Below are positions 18,392 to 27,739 of a stretch of DNA of 39,906 nt, in pieces (within the stretch, counting starts at the first letter, position 1; each line of letters opens with the position of its first letter). Both the position numbers and the translations under genes were made by a program. The notes beneath the pieces are model-generated. The model was given only the letters and a program-made list of their open reading frames with translations, was not told the DNA's origin and searched no databases. The stretch is from Promethearchaeota archaeon (lineage in GTDB: Archaea; Asgardarchaeota; Lokiarchaeia; Sigyniarchaeales; SOKP01). Location of the stretch: contig RDOE01000026.1 of the NCBI GenBank assembly GCA_011364975.1, positions 1 through 39,906 of the forward strand. Reading direction: 5' to 3'.

Positions 18392-21300
18392 TTAAATTTT
18401 TTCTTTCAATTTTAACCTAGGAGCTAAACCAAGAGACATCATTTCCTGTAATAACAACTTAAAAGCATATGAACAGACTACTTTTGATATCATCGTACCT
18501 TCACCACATACGGGGCAATATCTCTTATCTCTATTCCTATCATAAACAGCTAGCAACCCACATTTTTCACAAACTAAAATTACAGTCCTATCAGATTCAT
18601 CAAGTAATCTTTCCTTTAGTAATAAAGCAGATCCATGCCCAACTAAACAATCACGTTCCATTTCTCCAAATCTTAATCCTCCTTCTCTTGCTCGTCCCTC
18701 TGTAGGTTGCCTAGTTAGAATCTGTACAGGTCCACGTGCTCTGGCATGTAACTTATCCGCAACTAAATGGTATAGTTTTTGGTAATAAATTGGAGCACAA
18801 TAGATTCCTGCTTCATATTTTTCTCCTGTTATTCCATTATACATAACTTCCCTACCATTGAACTCAAAACCCGACTCTAATAGTTGTTCTTGAAGCTTAG
18901 TAATATCTTTCCATTCAAACGCAGTTGCATCTCCTAATTTCCCTGAATTACATGCAATTTTACCACTGATCCCCTCAAATAATTGCCCTAATGTCATTCT
19001 TGAAGGCATGGCATGAGGATTTACAATTATATCCGGAATTACACCCTCTGAGGTAAAAGGCATATCCTCTGCGGGTTGGACCAATCCAAGCACACCTTTT
19101 TGTCCATGGCGAGAGGAAAACTTATCTCCTAACTCTGGTATACGTAAATCTCTCACCTTAATCTTCACTAGCTTATTACCATCAACAGTTTCAGAAATAA
19201 TTACTGTATCTACAATACCTTGCTCATTATGGCGCATATTTTTGGATGTTTCTCTTCGGTTAGGCTGCATTAATTCAAATTCTTCATATGATTTAATAAA
19301 TCTTGGAGGTGAGGTCCGACCAATTAGGACGTCTCCGCCATTAACGGAAGTTTCTGGCTCTATAATACCATCCTCTTCAGACAATAACCGATATGACTCG
19401 GCAGACTTAAATCCTCTGACACCTCTCTCTGGAATCTCAAATTTATCTAGCTCTCCTCCCGGATATTTACGCTCTTCAGCATCATAAGTTCTAAAAAAAT
19501 GACTACGGGCTAAACCGCGATCGATCGAAGATTTATTAATGATAATGGCATCTTCAATATTGAAACCTTCAAAACTCATCATAGCGATAATAAAATTTTG
19601 ACCTGCTGGTCTCCTATTAATCCCTATTATCTCCATGGGGCTTGTTTTGACTAAAGGTTGCTGGGGATAATGAAGTGTATGACCTCGTGTATCAAGTCTT
19701 AAATGCATATTAGCAGCAAATAAACCTAACGCTTGCTTAACCATACCCGCTTCATATGTATTCCTTGGAGATTGATTATGTTCTGGAAAAGGTATAATCG
19801 ATGCACATATACCTAAAATAGCAGCGGGGGAAATTTCTAAGTGAGTATGCTCTGCGCTAATATCTTCCTCGAACATTGCGATATACGCATTCTCCTCTTC
19901 TTCAGCATCTAGATATTCAATAACCCCTTTCTGAATTAAATCTGACCAGTTATATTTCCCCTGTTTCAACTTTTCTATATCTTCATTAGATACTAAAAGT
20001 TGATTATTTTTTAGAATAAATAATGGTCTAGTAGCCCGCCCCTCATCACAGTTTATTTGTATTTCCTTGGAATCATGATAATATCCAATATTCACATGTT
20101 GGCCTATTTCTCCCTTTCTTCTTTTTTCCCTTAATTGATTTATAAACGGATTATATTTCTGATGGATACCAACTAACTTTCCGTTCAAAAATATTTTGGC
20201 TTTTTCTCCTTTTACATTTTTTACTTCGTTAATTGGAATTACGCCAAGATCAAGAAGTATATTTTCAATAATTCGCTCATCAGCACCTACAGAAATAATT
20301 GATGCTAATCCTAAATTCTTTACTAATCCACAATTTGGACCTTCTGGAGTTTCAGCAGGACAAATTTTGCCCCATTGGGTAGGATGCAAATCTCTAGCTT
20401 CAAAATGAGGTTGACTACGGCTTAAAGGAGAAATAACTCTTCTTAAATGGCTTAAAGTGCCCACATGATTCGTTCTATTTAAAAGTTGGCTAACGCCCGC
20501 TTTTCCTCCAACCCAATTCCCTGTTGCGAGAGCATGTCTAATTCTTTCAGTGATTACATCGGCTCTTACTGCGGTTTTAATGTTTGGTGCTCTTCCGCGT
20601 ACAGCAGTTCGTTCTAGTTGATACTTTATATCTTTAACAAGATTAAGAAAGGCTACTCTAAATAATGAAGTAAACAATTCACCCGCTAATTTTAAACGTT
20701 TATTAGCGTAGTGATCTTTATCATCAGGTTCTCTTAACCCCAATGCAAGTTCCATCACTTTTTGTGCCATTTGTCCGAGATAATATGCTTTCTTAATTCG
20801 GTCCTCTTCCAAATTTCCTATGTGGGGTAATAAGTATCTATCTAAGACTTGTAAGGCTCTTCTTATACGGTAATCTTTAGTTTGCCCTATTGCTACTCTT
20901 TTTCCGATATAGTCTAAAGCATTTTGTTGTGATTTCTCTGGATCTTTTAATACTTGAATCTCAGAGGCAACGTCTATCACTGGTATTAATTCTTTCTGAA
21001 TTTCTTCGTTTTCAGATATTGCCTCGAATATTTCTTTATCAGAATGCAGCCCAAGGGCTCTCATTAAAATAGCAAGAGGGATTTTTCCGGGAACTGAAGG
21101 AAACGAAACCCTTAAATTACCATCTTTTTTGCGTTCAATAGTTACTGGAGCTCGAAATCCACTTCTTGTAGAAAACACTTTTGCTTGGTGAGTAGCACTT
21201 GAACTCCTACTTGCTTCTTCAGCTAAAATTCTATTCGGGGCTAGATCTTCTTGTGTAACAAGAACGCGTTCAGTACCATTTATAATAAAGTAACCACCAG

Positions 21301-21763
21301 GATCAAGAGGGTCTTCTCCACGGTTCACTAATTCTTGTTCCGATAAATTTTCGAGAGGACAACGACAACTTTTAAGCATAATTGGTATTTTTCCTATGTA
21401 AATATCTAATGTTTCCTCTGGTTCTTCCCGTTGTGTTCGTTCATCAATAGTTATTGGAGTCATTTCTAATGTAATATCTGCAGCGTAGCTTAATTCTCGA
21501 ATACGAGCCTCAATTGGAGTTATATCCATTGTAGCCCCATCTGCTTCCCTCACTTTCGGTACTCCGACCTTAATTTTACCAAAATTAATTTTAAAGCCTG
21601 GAATATCTGGTACAACTTCACCGGACTCATCTACGATACTTTGCATTTCATGTTCGATAAAGTTATTATAAGAATCTAAATGCTGACGAACAAGACCTTT
21701 TTCGTCAAATAAACTTTTTAATACAACCCATTTATCATCATTACTTATTCTTTCAGAACTCAA
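18392..21763 (-). CDS. rpoB: DNA-directed RNA polymerase subunit Rpo2 (B), unsplit
   Basis: QHLDSYN, GGYFIINGTERV, ETPEGPNCGLVKN, GDKFSSRHGQKG, GGLRFGEMERD, C-terminal Zn finger. TTG start. Confidence 0.98.
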   Translation of the reverse strand: MSSERISNDDKWVVLKSLFDEKGLVRQHLDSYNNFIEHEMQSIVDESGEVVPDIPGFKINFGKIKVGVPKVREADGATMDITPIEARIRELSYAADITLEMTPITIDERTQREEPEETLDIYIGKIPIMLKSCRCPLENLSEQELVNRGEDPLDPGGYFIINGTERVLVTQEDLAPNRILAEEASRSSSATHQAKVFSTRSGFRAPVTIERKKDGNLRVSFPSVPGKIPLAILMRALGLHSDKEIFEAISENEEIQKELIPVIDVASEIQVLKDPEKSQQNALDYIGKRVAIGQTKDYRIRRALQVLDRYLLPHIGNLEEDRIKKAYYLGQMAQKVMELALGLREPDDKDHYANKRLKLAGELFTSLFRVAFLNLVKDIKYQLERTAVRGRAPNIKTAVRADVITERIRHALATGNWVGGKAGVSQLLNRTNHVGTLSHLRRVISPLSRSQPHFEARDLHPTQWGKICPAETPEGPNCGLVKNLGLASIISVGADERIIENILLDLGVIPINEVKNVKGEKAKIFLNGKLVGIHQKYNPFINQLREKRRKGEIGQHVNIGYYHDSKEIQINCDEGRATRPLFILKNNQLLVSNEDIEKLKQGKYNWSDLIQKGVIEYLDAEEEENAYIAMFEEDISAEHTHLEISPAAILGICASIIPFPEHNQSPRNTYEAGMVKQALGLFAANMHLRLDTRGHTLHYPQQPLVKTSPMEIIGINRRPAGQNFIIAMMSFEGFNIEDAIIINKSSIDRGLARSHFFRTYDAEERKYPGGELDKFEIPERGVRGFKSAESYRLLSEEDGIIEPETSVNGGDVLIGRTSPPRFIKSYEEFELMQPNRRETSKNMRHNEQGIVDTVIISETVDGNKLVKIKVRDLRIPELGDKFSSRHGQKGVLGLVQPAEDMPFTSEGVIPDIIVNPHAMPSRMTLGQLFEGISGKIACNSGKLGDATAFEWKDITKLQEQLLESGFEFNGREVMYNGITGEKYEAGIYCAPIYYQKLYHLVADKLHARARGPVQILTRQPTEGRAREGGLRFGEMERDCLVGHGSALLLKERLLDESDRTVILVCEKCGLLAVYDRNRDKRYCPVCGEGTMISKVVCSYAFKLLLQEMMSLGLAPRLKLKEKI

Positions 21764-21809
21764 TATTTAAACAACCTTTTCTTTTTTAATCTTTAAACAA
21801 AAATAGGCT

Positions 21810-22067
21810 CTAAGCCTTTTCTTTTTTGACATATCTATAATAATTAATAGATTTTACTGTCGTATTAGAATCTCGTTGAATTCTAACGATATCGCCTTCC
21901 TTCGCTCCAATTGCGAGAGCTACTGGATCCTTATCTATCATTTGTGGTAAATCAGATACAGTAATTTGATATTTATTTAATAAATCGTTTACTTCTTCTT
22001 TTGTCATTAAATAATGTTTAGGTACTAATTCATGAAGTAATACATCAATCTTTCTTTTTTTTGTCAA
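21810..22067 (-). CDS. rpoH: DNA-directed RNA polymerase subunit Rpo5 (H)
   Basis: HELVPKH..LPQM..DPVA..GDIVRIQRDS..YYRYV. Confidence 0.96.
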   Translation of the reverse strand: MTKKRKIDVLLHELVPKHYLMTKEEVNDLLNKYQITVSDLPQMIDKDPVALAIGAKEGDIVRIQRDSNTTVKSINYYRYVKKEKA

Positions 22068-22176
22068 AAAGACATTCCTCTTTTCTCAATACTATTATGA
22101 AAAAAATACTATATTTCTAAAAAATTTTTCGATTTATTCATATATTCTACTTAATTATCGATAAAAAAAAAAATAA

Positions 22177-22812
22177 TTAGTTTGTTCTAACATAATTAAA
22201 AACCCAATAACCGCTTCTTTTACAAATAATATCAATAATATCTTCAGAATTTCTTCTTCGCAGGGACTGCAATATGAATTCAGCACCCATTTTTCTCTTT
22301 ATTACAAATTGAAAAAAACCCTTGCTATTTAAGAAATAGGAGATATCATCAAATATCTTAAGAAACTCTACTCTTCCCGCACGCATAGGGGGATTCATGT
22401 ATATGCCATCAAATCTGATTTTCTTACCCTTAAGAGGGTCAAAATAGTTTCCCTGGAGTACCCTCACACGCTTTAATTCATCTGATAGATTGGATTTTAT
22501 ATTCTCTCGAGTACACCAAACAGCTCTTTTATTAATATCGATAAAATAAACATTAGCTTGAGATAATTCATAAGCAATCACAATTCCTATGGGACCATAA
22601 CCACATCCTAAATCAAGAAAATTTTCTCGATTTTTTGGAAAGACCATATTTTCTATTAAAATTTTCGTTCCTAAATCTAGCTTTTTAAAAGAAAAAACTC
22701 CAGGTGTTGCTCGAAAAATGTAAAGATGCTTCCTTAAACTTACTGGAATGGTATGAAGCTTAAATTTAGCATCAGGGAATTCTGAAAAATAATGGGACTC
22801 TTCTTTTTTCAT
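22177..22812 (-). CDS. Class I SAM-dependent methyltransferase (RsmC/MTS-like)
   Basis: GVFSFKKLDLGTKIL, LDLGCGYGPIG, NPP motif, SGYWV. Confidence 0.88.
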   Translation of the reverse strand: MKKEESHYFSEFPDAKFKLHTIPVSLRKHLYIFRATPGVFSFKKLDLGTKILIENMVFPKNRENFLDLGCGYGPIGIVIAYELSQANVYFIDINKRAVWCTRENIKSNLSDELKRVRVLQGNYFDPLKGKKIRFDGIYMNPPMRAGRVEFLKIFDDISYFLNSKGFFQFVIKRKMGAEFILQSLRRRNSEDIIDIICKRSGYWVFNYVRTN

Positions 22813-22824
22813 ATTACTTTGAAA

Positions 22825-23850
22825 TTACGGTTTAATCTTAAATTCTTTCCAATTTGGATAAATTCCTCTTTCCATGAATATTTTACTTGAATTGGCTACA
22901 ATTCCAGATTTGGCTTTGTATATCTTCATTGCATTAAGTTTCGCAGTTCCAAATCCAATCAATTCTTTCTTTAATGTCATGAAAGCAACCTGCATGTTTG
23001 AATCGATTCTAGCATCTATATAACATACTCCCGCAGCTGCTAAATCTGCCCCATGGCATAAAGCATCCACAGCAGAATCTCGTACATAAATTTTTGGGGC
23101 ATGTTCCACCATTTTCTCCATAGGTGAAATCATACTTCTTAAATATTTTTCTTCCCCCTCTTCCATATAAATAGAATAGGCATCTTTTAAATTTTGGAGA
23201 GAAACGAGACTTTGATCCTCTTTAAATTTTCCTACTTTTGTTCTACGTAATTCCAACATATGTGCGCCAGAGCATAAAGCTTCTCCGATATCGAAACATA
23301 ATTTTCGAATATAAGTACCCGCTTCACAACCTACTTTAAATAAAACGTGATTCTGCTCCATCTCTAAGACGTTTAGGTAATAAATCTCTCTAATTCGCAA
23401 TTTTCGGATTACTGACGATTTAATTGGAGGGATTTGATAAATCTTACCTGTAAATGTTTTAAAAACTTTTTCAACCTTTTTTATTTTTTCAGAATTATGT
23501 AAGTTCATGACTCCAATGTATTCTTTTCCGGCACTTAATAACACAGACAAAACACGAGTTGCTCTCCCTAAAGCACATGGTAAAATTCCGGTTACTTTTG
23601 GATCTAAAGTTCCTCCATGGCCCGCATTTTCAATATTTAGGATTTTACGAACCCAAGAAACAACTTCATGGCTAGTAGGACCACTTGGTTTGTCAATATT
23701 AATCACTCCATAATCTAGCAACGCGTTAATATCTCTTTTATATGGATCACATCCATATTGATTGTCGGTTTTTTCTTGAGATTTGATCATTAATTGTTCT
23801 GGTTCATCTGATGGTAATTCAACGGCTTTAGGTTCCATCTTATTAAACAT
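22825..23850 (-). CDS. cbf5: H/ACA RNA-guided pseudouridine synthase Cbf5
   Basis: NIDKPSGPTSHEV, catalytic GHGGTLDP, CEAGTYIRKLC, C-terminal PUA domain DSAVDALCHGA. Confidence 0.96.
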   Translation of the reverse strand: MFNKMEPKAVELPSDEPEQLMIKSQEKTDNQYGCDPYKRDINALLDYGVINIDKPSGPTSHEVVSWVRKILNIENAGHGGTLDPKVTGILPCALGRATRVLSVLLSAGKEYIGVMNLHNSEKIKKVEKVFKTFTGKIYQIPPIKSSVIRKLRIREIYYLNVLEMEQNHVLFKVGCEAGTYIRKLCFDIGEALCSGAHMLELRRTKVGKFKEDQSLVSLQNLKDAYSIYMEEGEEKYLRSMISPMEKMVEHAPKIYVRDSAVDALCHGADLAAAGVCYIDARIDSNMQVAFMTLKKELIGFGTAKLNAMKIYKAKSGIVANSSKIFMERGIYPNWKEFKIKP

Positions 23851-23935
23851 TCGGATTATATTCTATATAATATTAAATTAAGACAAGATTTAATGTTATT
23901 CAATTAGAAATTATTAACAATCGTAAAAAGTATTG

Positions 23936-24039
23936 CGGGCCATGTGGGAAATCCGCATTAATTCTGTTTGAATCAATGTATCGAACCCACGACCTTCAGG
24001 TTAAAAGCCTGCCGCGCTACCTGCCTGCGCTAATGGCCC
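23936..24039 (-). tRNA. tRNA-Lys(TTT) with a 30-nt intron at position 59/60 (intron 23950-23979)
   Basis: Acceptor GGGCCAT/ATGGCCC, D arm GCGC/GCGC, anticodon loop CT-TTT-AA, T stem GTGGG/CCCAC enclosing 37 nt. A strict bulge-helix-bulge is present (ATA bulge, TTCG:CGGA helix, TTT bulge). Confidence 0.92.
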
Positions 24040-24174
24040 TAGTATGGTTTATTGTTAATATTACTTCTTATCAAATCTAATTTATGAAATTGTAAAAGAA
24101 TAAATCTATAATAATATTAAACTTTTTCCATTCAGATTAATTATCTACTTACTTGAAATGATTATCTCTCTAAT

Positions 24175-25191
24175 TTAAATAAAATGTTGATATCCAAAAC
24201 TATGTAGTTTTACTCTTTTATTATCTTTTAAAAGATATACATTCTCATCAGAGATAACCCTTCCGATTTTAATTAGAGTTCCCCCTTTCTCCCGGATTAA
24301 GTTTTTTGCAATCTCATAATTATTTGGATTTATAGTAAATAGATGTATAAATTCCTCACCACCATTAAAAATAAGCTCCTCTAAATTCGTTTTAAATTCT
24401 GCTGAATATTCTTTGGCTTCAGTTACGTATAATTCTTCATTAAAATTAATTTCAAAACCTTTATTTGGATTAGATTTTATAAGATCTAATAAAGATTTTG
24501 CTAATCCGTCAGATGAGTCAATACCCGCAGTTGCAATGTTGTTTTCTGCTAAAGTGTAACCCTCTTTTCCTATATCATCTGGTTCTAGTATACTTTTAAT
24601 AGCGCGATTATACTTCAAGTAATCGTTAACATTACCCTTCCTTTTAAGAAGAATATTAAAACCTACTCCCGTTAATCCAAATTTACCAGTTGAAACCAAT
24701 AAATCTCCCTTCCTCATACCAGACCTATAGATTATTTTCTCTTGGTCCTGAAATCCAAACACAGTGGGATTAATAATTATTTCCTTTGATTGATTAATAT
24801 CTCCACCTAAATATTCAATATTCCATTTATGACTAGCATCTACAATCCCCTCGATTAATTGCCTAAAATCTTCAATAAGAAGGTTATTAGGTAGACCTAA
24901 AGAAACAATTATCGCAATTGGTTTAACTCCTTTAACTATGAGATCACTAATATTCATGATAACTGCTTTTCGACCAATATGAAAAAAACTCATTTGGGGT
25001 GGAACATCCGTTGTAGAAACCAACATATCAGAATTAAAAACCAATCTATTACATTTTCGATGATCGTCGAGTGAGAAAAAGAAAGAGTCATCTCGAATTA
25101 AATTTTTTCCTGTCTTCAGAGAGATTATTTCTTCAATCAAATCGATAAGCTTATTCTCACCAAAATGGGCAATATTTTTATTAGGATTCAT
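24175..25191 (-). CDS. thiL: Thiamine-monophosphate kinase
   Basis: GENKLI, DMLV, IGRKAVIMNISDL, LGGD, GIDSSDGL and GGEEF motifs. Confidence 0.93.
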   Translation of the reverse strand: MNPNKNIAHFGENKLIDLIEEIISLKTGKNLIRDDSFFFSLDDHRKCNRLVFNSDMLVSTTDVPPQMSFFHIGRKAVIMNISDLIVKGVKPIAIIVSLGLPNNLLIEDFRQLIEGIVDASHKWNIEYLGGDINQSKEIIINPTVFGFQDQEKIIYRSGMRKGDLLVSTGKFGLTGVGFNILLKRKGNVNDYLKYNRAIKSILEPDDIGKEGYTLAENNIATAGIDSSDGLAKSLLDLIKSNPNKGFEINFNEELYVTEAKEYSAEFKTNLEELIFNGGEEFIHLFTINPNNYEIAKNLIREKGGTLIKIGRVISDENVYLLKDNKRVKLHSFGYQHFI

Positions 25192-25313
25192 AGAATAAAG
25201 GATTCTTATTAATAATTAACTATTAATCTTAATTACATTTAATGGAGGATTAAGTATTAATGGTTAACCACAAAATTAAAAATTAACCCCTTCTTTCATT
25301 AAAAATATTCACT

Positions 25314-25385
25314 GCCCTTGTAACTCAGCGGTAGAGTGATTGATTCGTAATCAATCAGTCGGGGGTTCAAGTCCCCCCAGGGGCT
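25314..25385 (+). tRNA. tRNA-Thr(CGT), intronless
   Basis: GCCCTTG/CAGGGGC acceptor, ACTC/GAGT D stem, ATTGA-TTCGTAA-TCAAT anticodon arm, GGGGG-TTCAAGT-CCCCC T arm; no encoded CCA. Confidence 0.95.
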
Positions 25386-25390
25386 TTCAA

Positions 25391-26404
25391 TTATACATCT
25401 TGAGTTATTACATACTTTTGAATCATTTGTAACGCTAACATTTTAAACGCATCATCAATATTCTCTCCAGTTTTAGCTGATGTTTCGATATAGGATAATT
25501 GTAACTGTAGAGCTAATTTCTCCCCGACTTCAGAAGTTACTTTTCGATCATTTGCTAAATCTATTTTATTTCCTACAAGAATTAATGAGATCCCTGGAGA
25601 TGCCTTAATAACTTCATTATGCCAAATTTCTATATTTTCAAAGGAAGATTGATTAGTTACATCATATACTAATATACCAGCTTCCGCATTTGCTAAATAA
25701 GATTGTCTCACTCTTTTAAACTGAGCCTGTCCTGCTAAATCCCATATAACAAAACGAACTCGGCTATTTAAACCTTCAAAGTTGCATTCTTTTTTCATAA
25801 TTGAGGTTCCTATTGTTGATTTATAATCACTTGCAAACGCATTTTCTACAAACCTATGGACCATGCTAGTTTTACCTACAGCGCCATCGCCTCCAAGGAT
25901 TAATTTAAATGCATATTCTCCAGATTTTACATTTATTTTTTGCAGTTGTTCTATTTTTCTTTCAATGTGAGTTGCCATATTTTCTTTAGTTAACAAAGGA
26001 ATAACAGGACTTACAGATCTTCCATCAAATATCCTCGCAATTTTTTCAGCAGCTAAATATGCATAAGGGAATACTGGATCTACTCCTGCAATAGCATCCA
26101 ATACAGTCACAAAAACAGCTTCAGGACCCGCTTCGCAAAAAATTAAGCGATAATCTTCTGTATCAAAAGTGCCCGTACCAAAAGAGCCTGAACTAAATTC
26201 TTCAGTGATTCTTGTTAATACTGGCTCTACTAAGGCACTTACTCCCACAAGTATATCTTCATCTACTGACTTTTCAGAAGAACGCGTTAAAGAATCAATT
26301 ATTAATCCATCTCTATTTACGATAAGTGCAGCTACCAAATCTTCACCAATACTTTGATTGTACCATTCCAATAACGCTTTCAATTTCTTAGTATCGACAG
26401 ACAA
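25391..26404 (-). CDS. Roadblock/LC7 domain fused to a Rab-like small GTPase
   Basis: N-terminal roadblock pattern (AALIVNRDGLII..VSALV..LIFCEAGPEAVFVTV); C-terminal GDGAVGKT, YKSTIG, WDLAGQ, LVYDVT, NKID, ETSAK. TTG start. Confidence 0.9.
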   Translation of the reverse strand: MSVDTKKLKALLEWYNQSIGEDLVAALIVNRDGLIIDSLTRSSEKSVDEDILVGVSALVEPVLTRITEEFSSGSFGTGTFDTEDYRLIFCEAGPEAVFVTVLDAIAGVDPVFPYAYLAAEKIARIFDGRSVSPVIPLLTKENMATHIERKIEQLQKINVKSGEYAFKLILGGDGAVGKTSMVHRFVENAFASDYKSTIGTSIMKKECNFEGLNSRVRFVIWDLAGQAQFKRVRQSYLANAEAGILVYDVTNQSSFENIEIWHNEVIKASPGISLILVGNKIDLANDRKVTSEVGEKLALQLQLSYIETSAKTGENIDDAFKMLALQMIQKYVITQDV

Positions 26405-26510
26405 AAGTTAATCAACTTTAAGATTTGATTTTTAGTATTGTAATATATAAATTATATATTTTAGTTAAAGATAAGGGAATAAAAATTTTATCTATTTAAT
26501 TTATATCCTT

Positions 26511-27308
26511 TTATTTTCCTTTAAAGATCGCTTTCCTTTTTTCCAAAAACGCCGAAATCCCTTCTTTAAAATCTAAAGTTCCGGCACATTCCTTTATTTT
26601 TTCAGCTTCTTTTAGTAGATGAACAGTTAAATCATTAGTATAACACTCATTTAGCAAAATTTTGACATTCTTAAATGCTTTAATTGGCCCATGACTCAAT
26701 TGGGAACCTATTAGTTTTATCTCTTCTAAAAATTTCTCATTCGAGGAAAAAATTGAAGAAACTAATCCAAAATTTAAAGCTTCTTCTGAATTTAATACTC
26801 TATTTAAATAAATCATTTCTGATGCTAAGGATAAGCCAACTATTTTTGGTAGGTAAAACGATGTGGATGAATCGGTGGATAATCCTATACCAGTAAATGC
26901 AGTACCAAATTTTGCACTATCAGTACACATTCTTAGATCACATGCACATATGTATCCTAAAGCTGCTCCGAAACAAGCGCCATTTACCGCAGCGATTGTA
27001 GGAATTTCTAAATCTCTCAAAGCGTGTATACCTTCATGTAACTTACTTGCCATTTTACTCATAAATTCTACAGGATCCTCAGCACTTCCAAATTCATTTA
27101 TATCTCCTCCCACTGAGAAATTTTTTCCTTTTCCCGTTAATATTGCACATTTGATTGCCTTATCGTTGGAAATTTGTTCTAATGCACCACAAACCTCACC
27201 TACTAATTGATAACTAAATGCATTTAAACGCTCTGGTCTATTAAAAATAATTAGTGCTAAACTATTTTGCTTATCTGAAATCAATTCAATCGTTTCAAAC
27301 TTCAACAA
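26511..27308 (-). CDS. Enoyl-CoA hydratase/isomerase family protein
   Basis: FNRPERLNA, FSVGGDI, IAAVNGACFG, C-terminal DFKEGISAFLEKRK. Confidence 0.92.
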   Translation of the reverse strand: MLKFETIELISDKQNSLALIIFNRPERLNAFSYQLVGEVCGALEQISNDKAIKCAILTGKGKNFSVGGDINEFGSAEDPVEFMSKMASKLHEGIHALRDLEIPTIAAVNGACFGAALGYICACDLRMCTDSAKFGTAFTGIGLSTDSSTSFYLPKIVGLSLASEMIYLNRVLNSEEALNFGLVSSIFSSNEKFLEEIKLIGSQLSHGPIKAFKNVKILLNECYTNDLTVHLLKEAEKIKECAGTLDFKEGISAFLEKRKAIFKGK

Positions 27309-27533
27309 AAACTCATTACCTTAAAGGATTTAATTTATTAATTTAATCAACATAATAGAATTATTAAAATTTCTTATTTTTAGTCTTATATAATTAAAAT
27401 TACAATTGAAGATTTCTCAACTCATATAATTCTCATTAAATTCAGTTGTAAATGGTAATTTATAAAAAGAAAATATAAATCATTTTATATATTAATTCAT
27501 TTTATAATCAAAATTAATCATAAAATATTATAT

Positions 27534-27683
27534 GCAGGGGTAGCCAAGCCAGGTCTACGGTGCTAGACACGTTTACTAAACGTTTAGTATAGCGCTAGAA
27601 TGAGGCTCTAGTGACATAGGTCTTCGTGGGTTCAAAAATCAACGGTAATGTCTCTACCATGGTTGATATTCCCACCTCCTGCA
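27534..27683 (+). tRNA. tRNA-Leu(GAG) with two introns: 32/33 (27569-27600) and 59/60 (about 27637-27669)
   Basis: GCAGGGG/CTCCTGC acceptor plus A73. The anticodon stem CTAGA/TCTAG gives loop C|TGAGGC after removing 32 nt. Long variable arm GAC-ATAG-GTC. T stem GTGGG/CCCAC encloses 40 nt. Confidence 0.88.
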
Positions 27684-27739
27684 CTCTTATTTCTTTATAA
27701 CAAAAGAAAATTATTCAATAATTATTAAGAAAAAGGAGA

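Noticed and set aside
18469-23713. Plus-strand ORFs antisense to rpoB and cbf5
   Set aside because: They are mirror frames of highly conserved genes.
27309-27533. Very AT-rich spacer as a possible origin or ncRNA
   Set aside because: No repeats or ORB-like boxes; it is adequately explained as divergent promoters for the hydratase and tRNA-Leu.
25314-27683. Integrated element or att site at the tRNA genes
   Set aside because: No integrase and no duplicated tRNA 3' ends were seen; the flanking genes are housekeeping.
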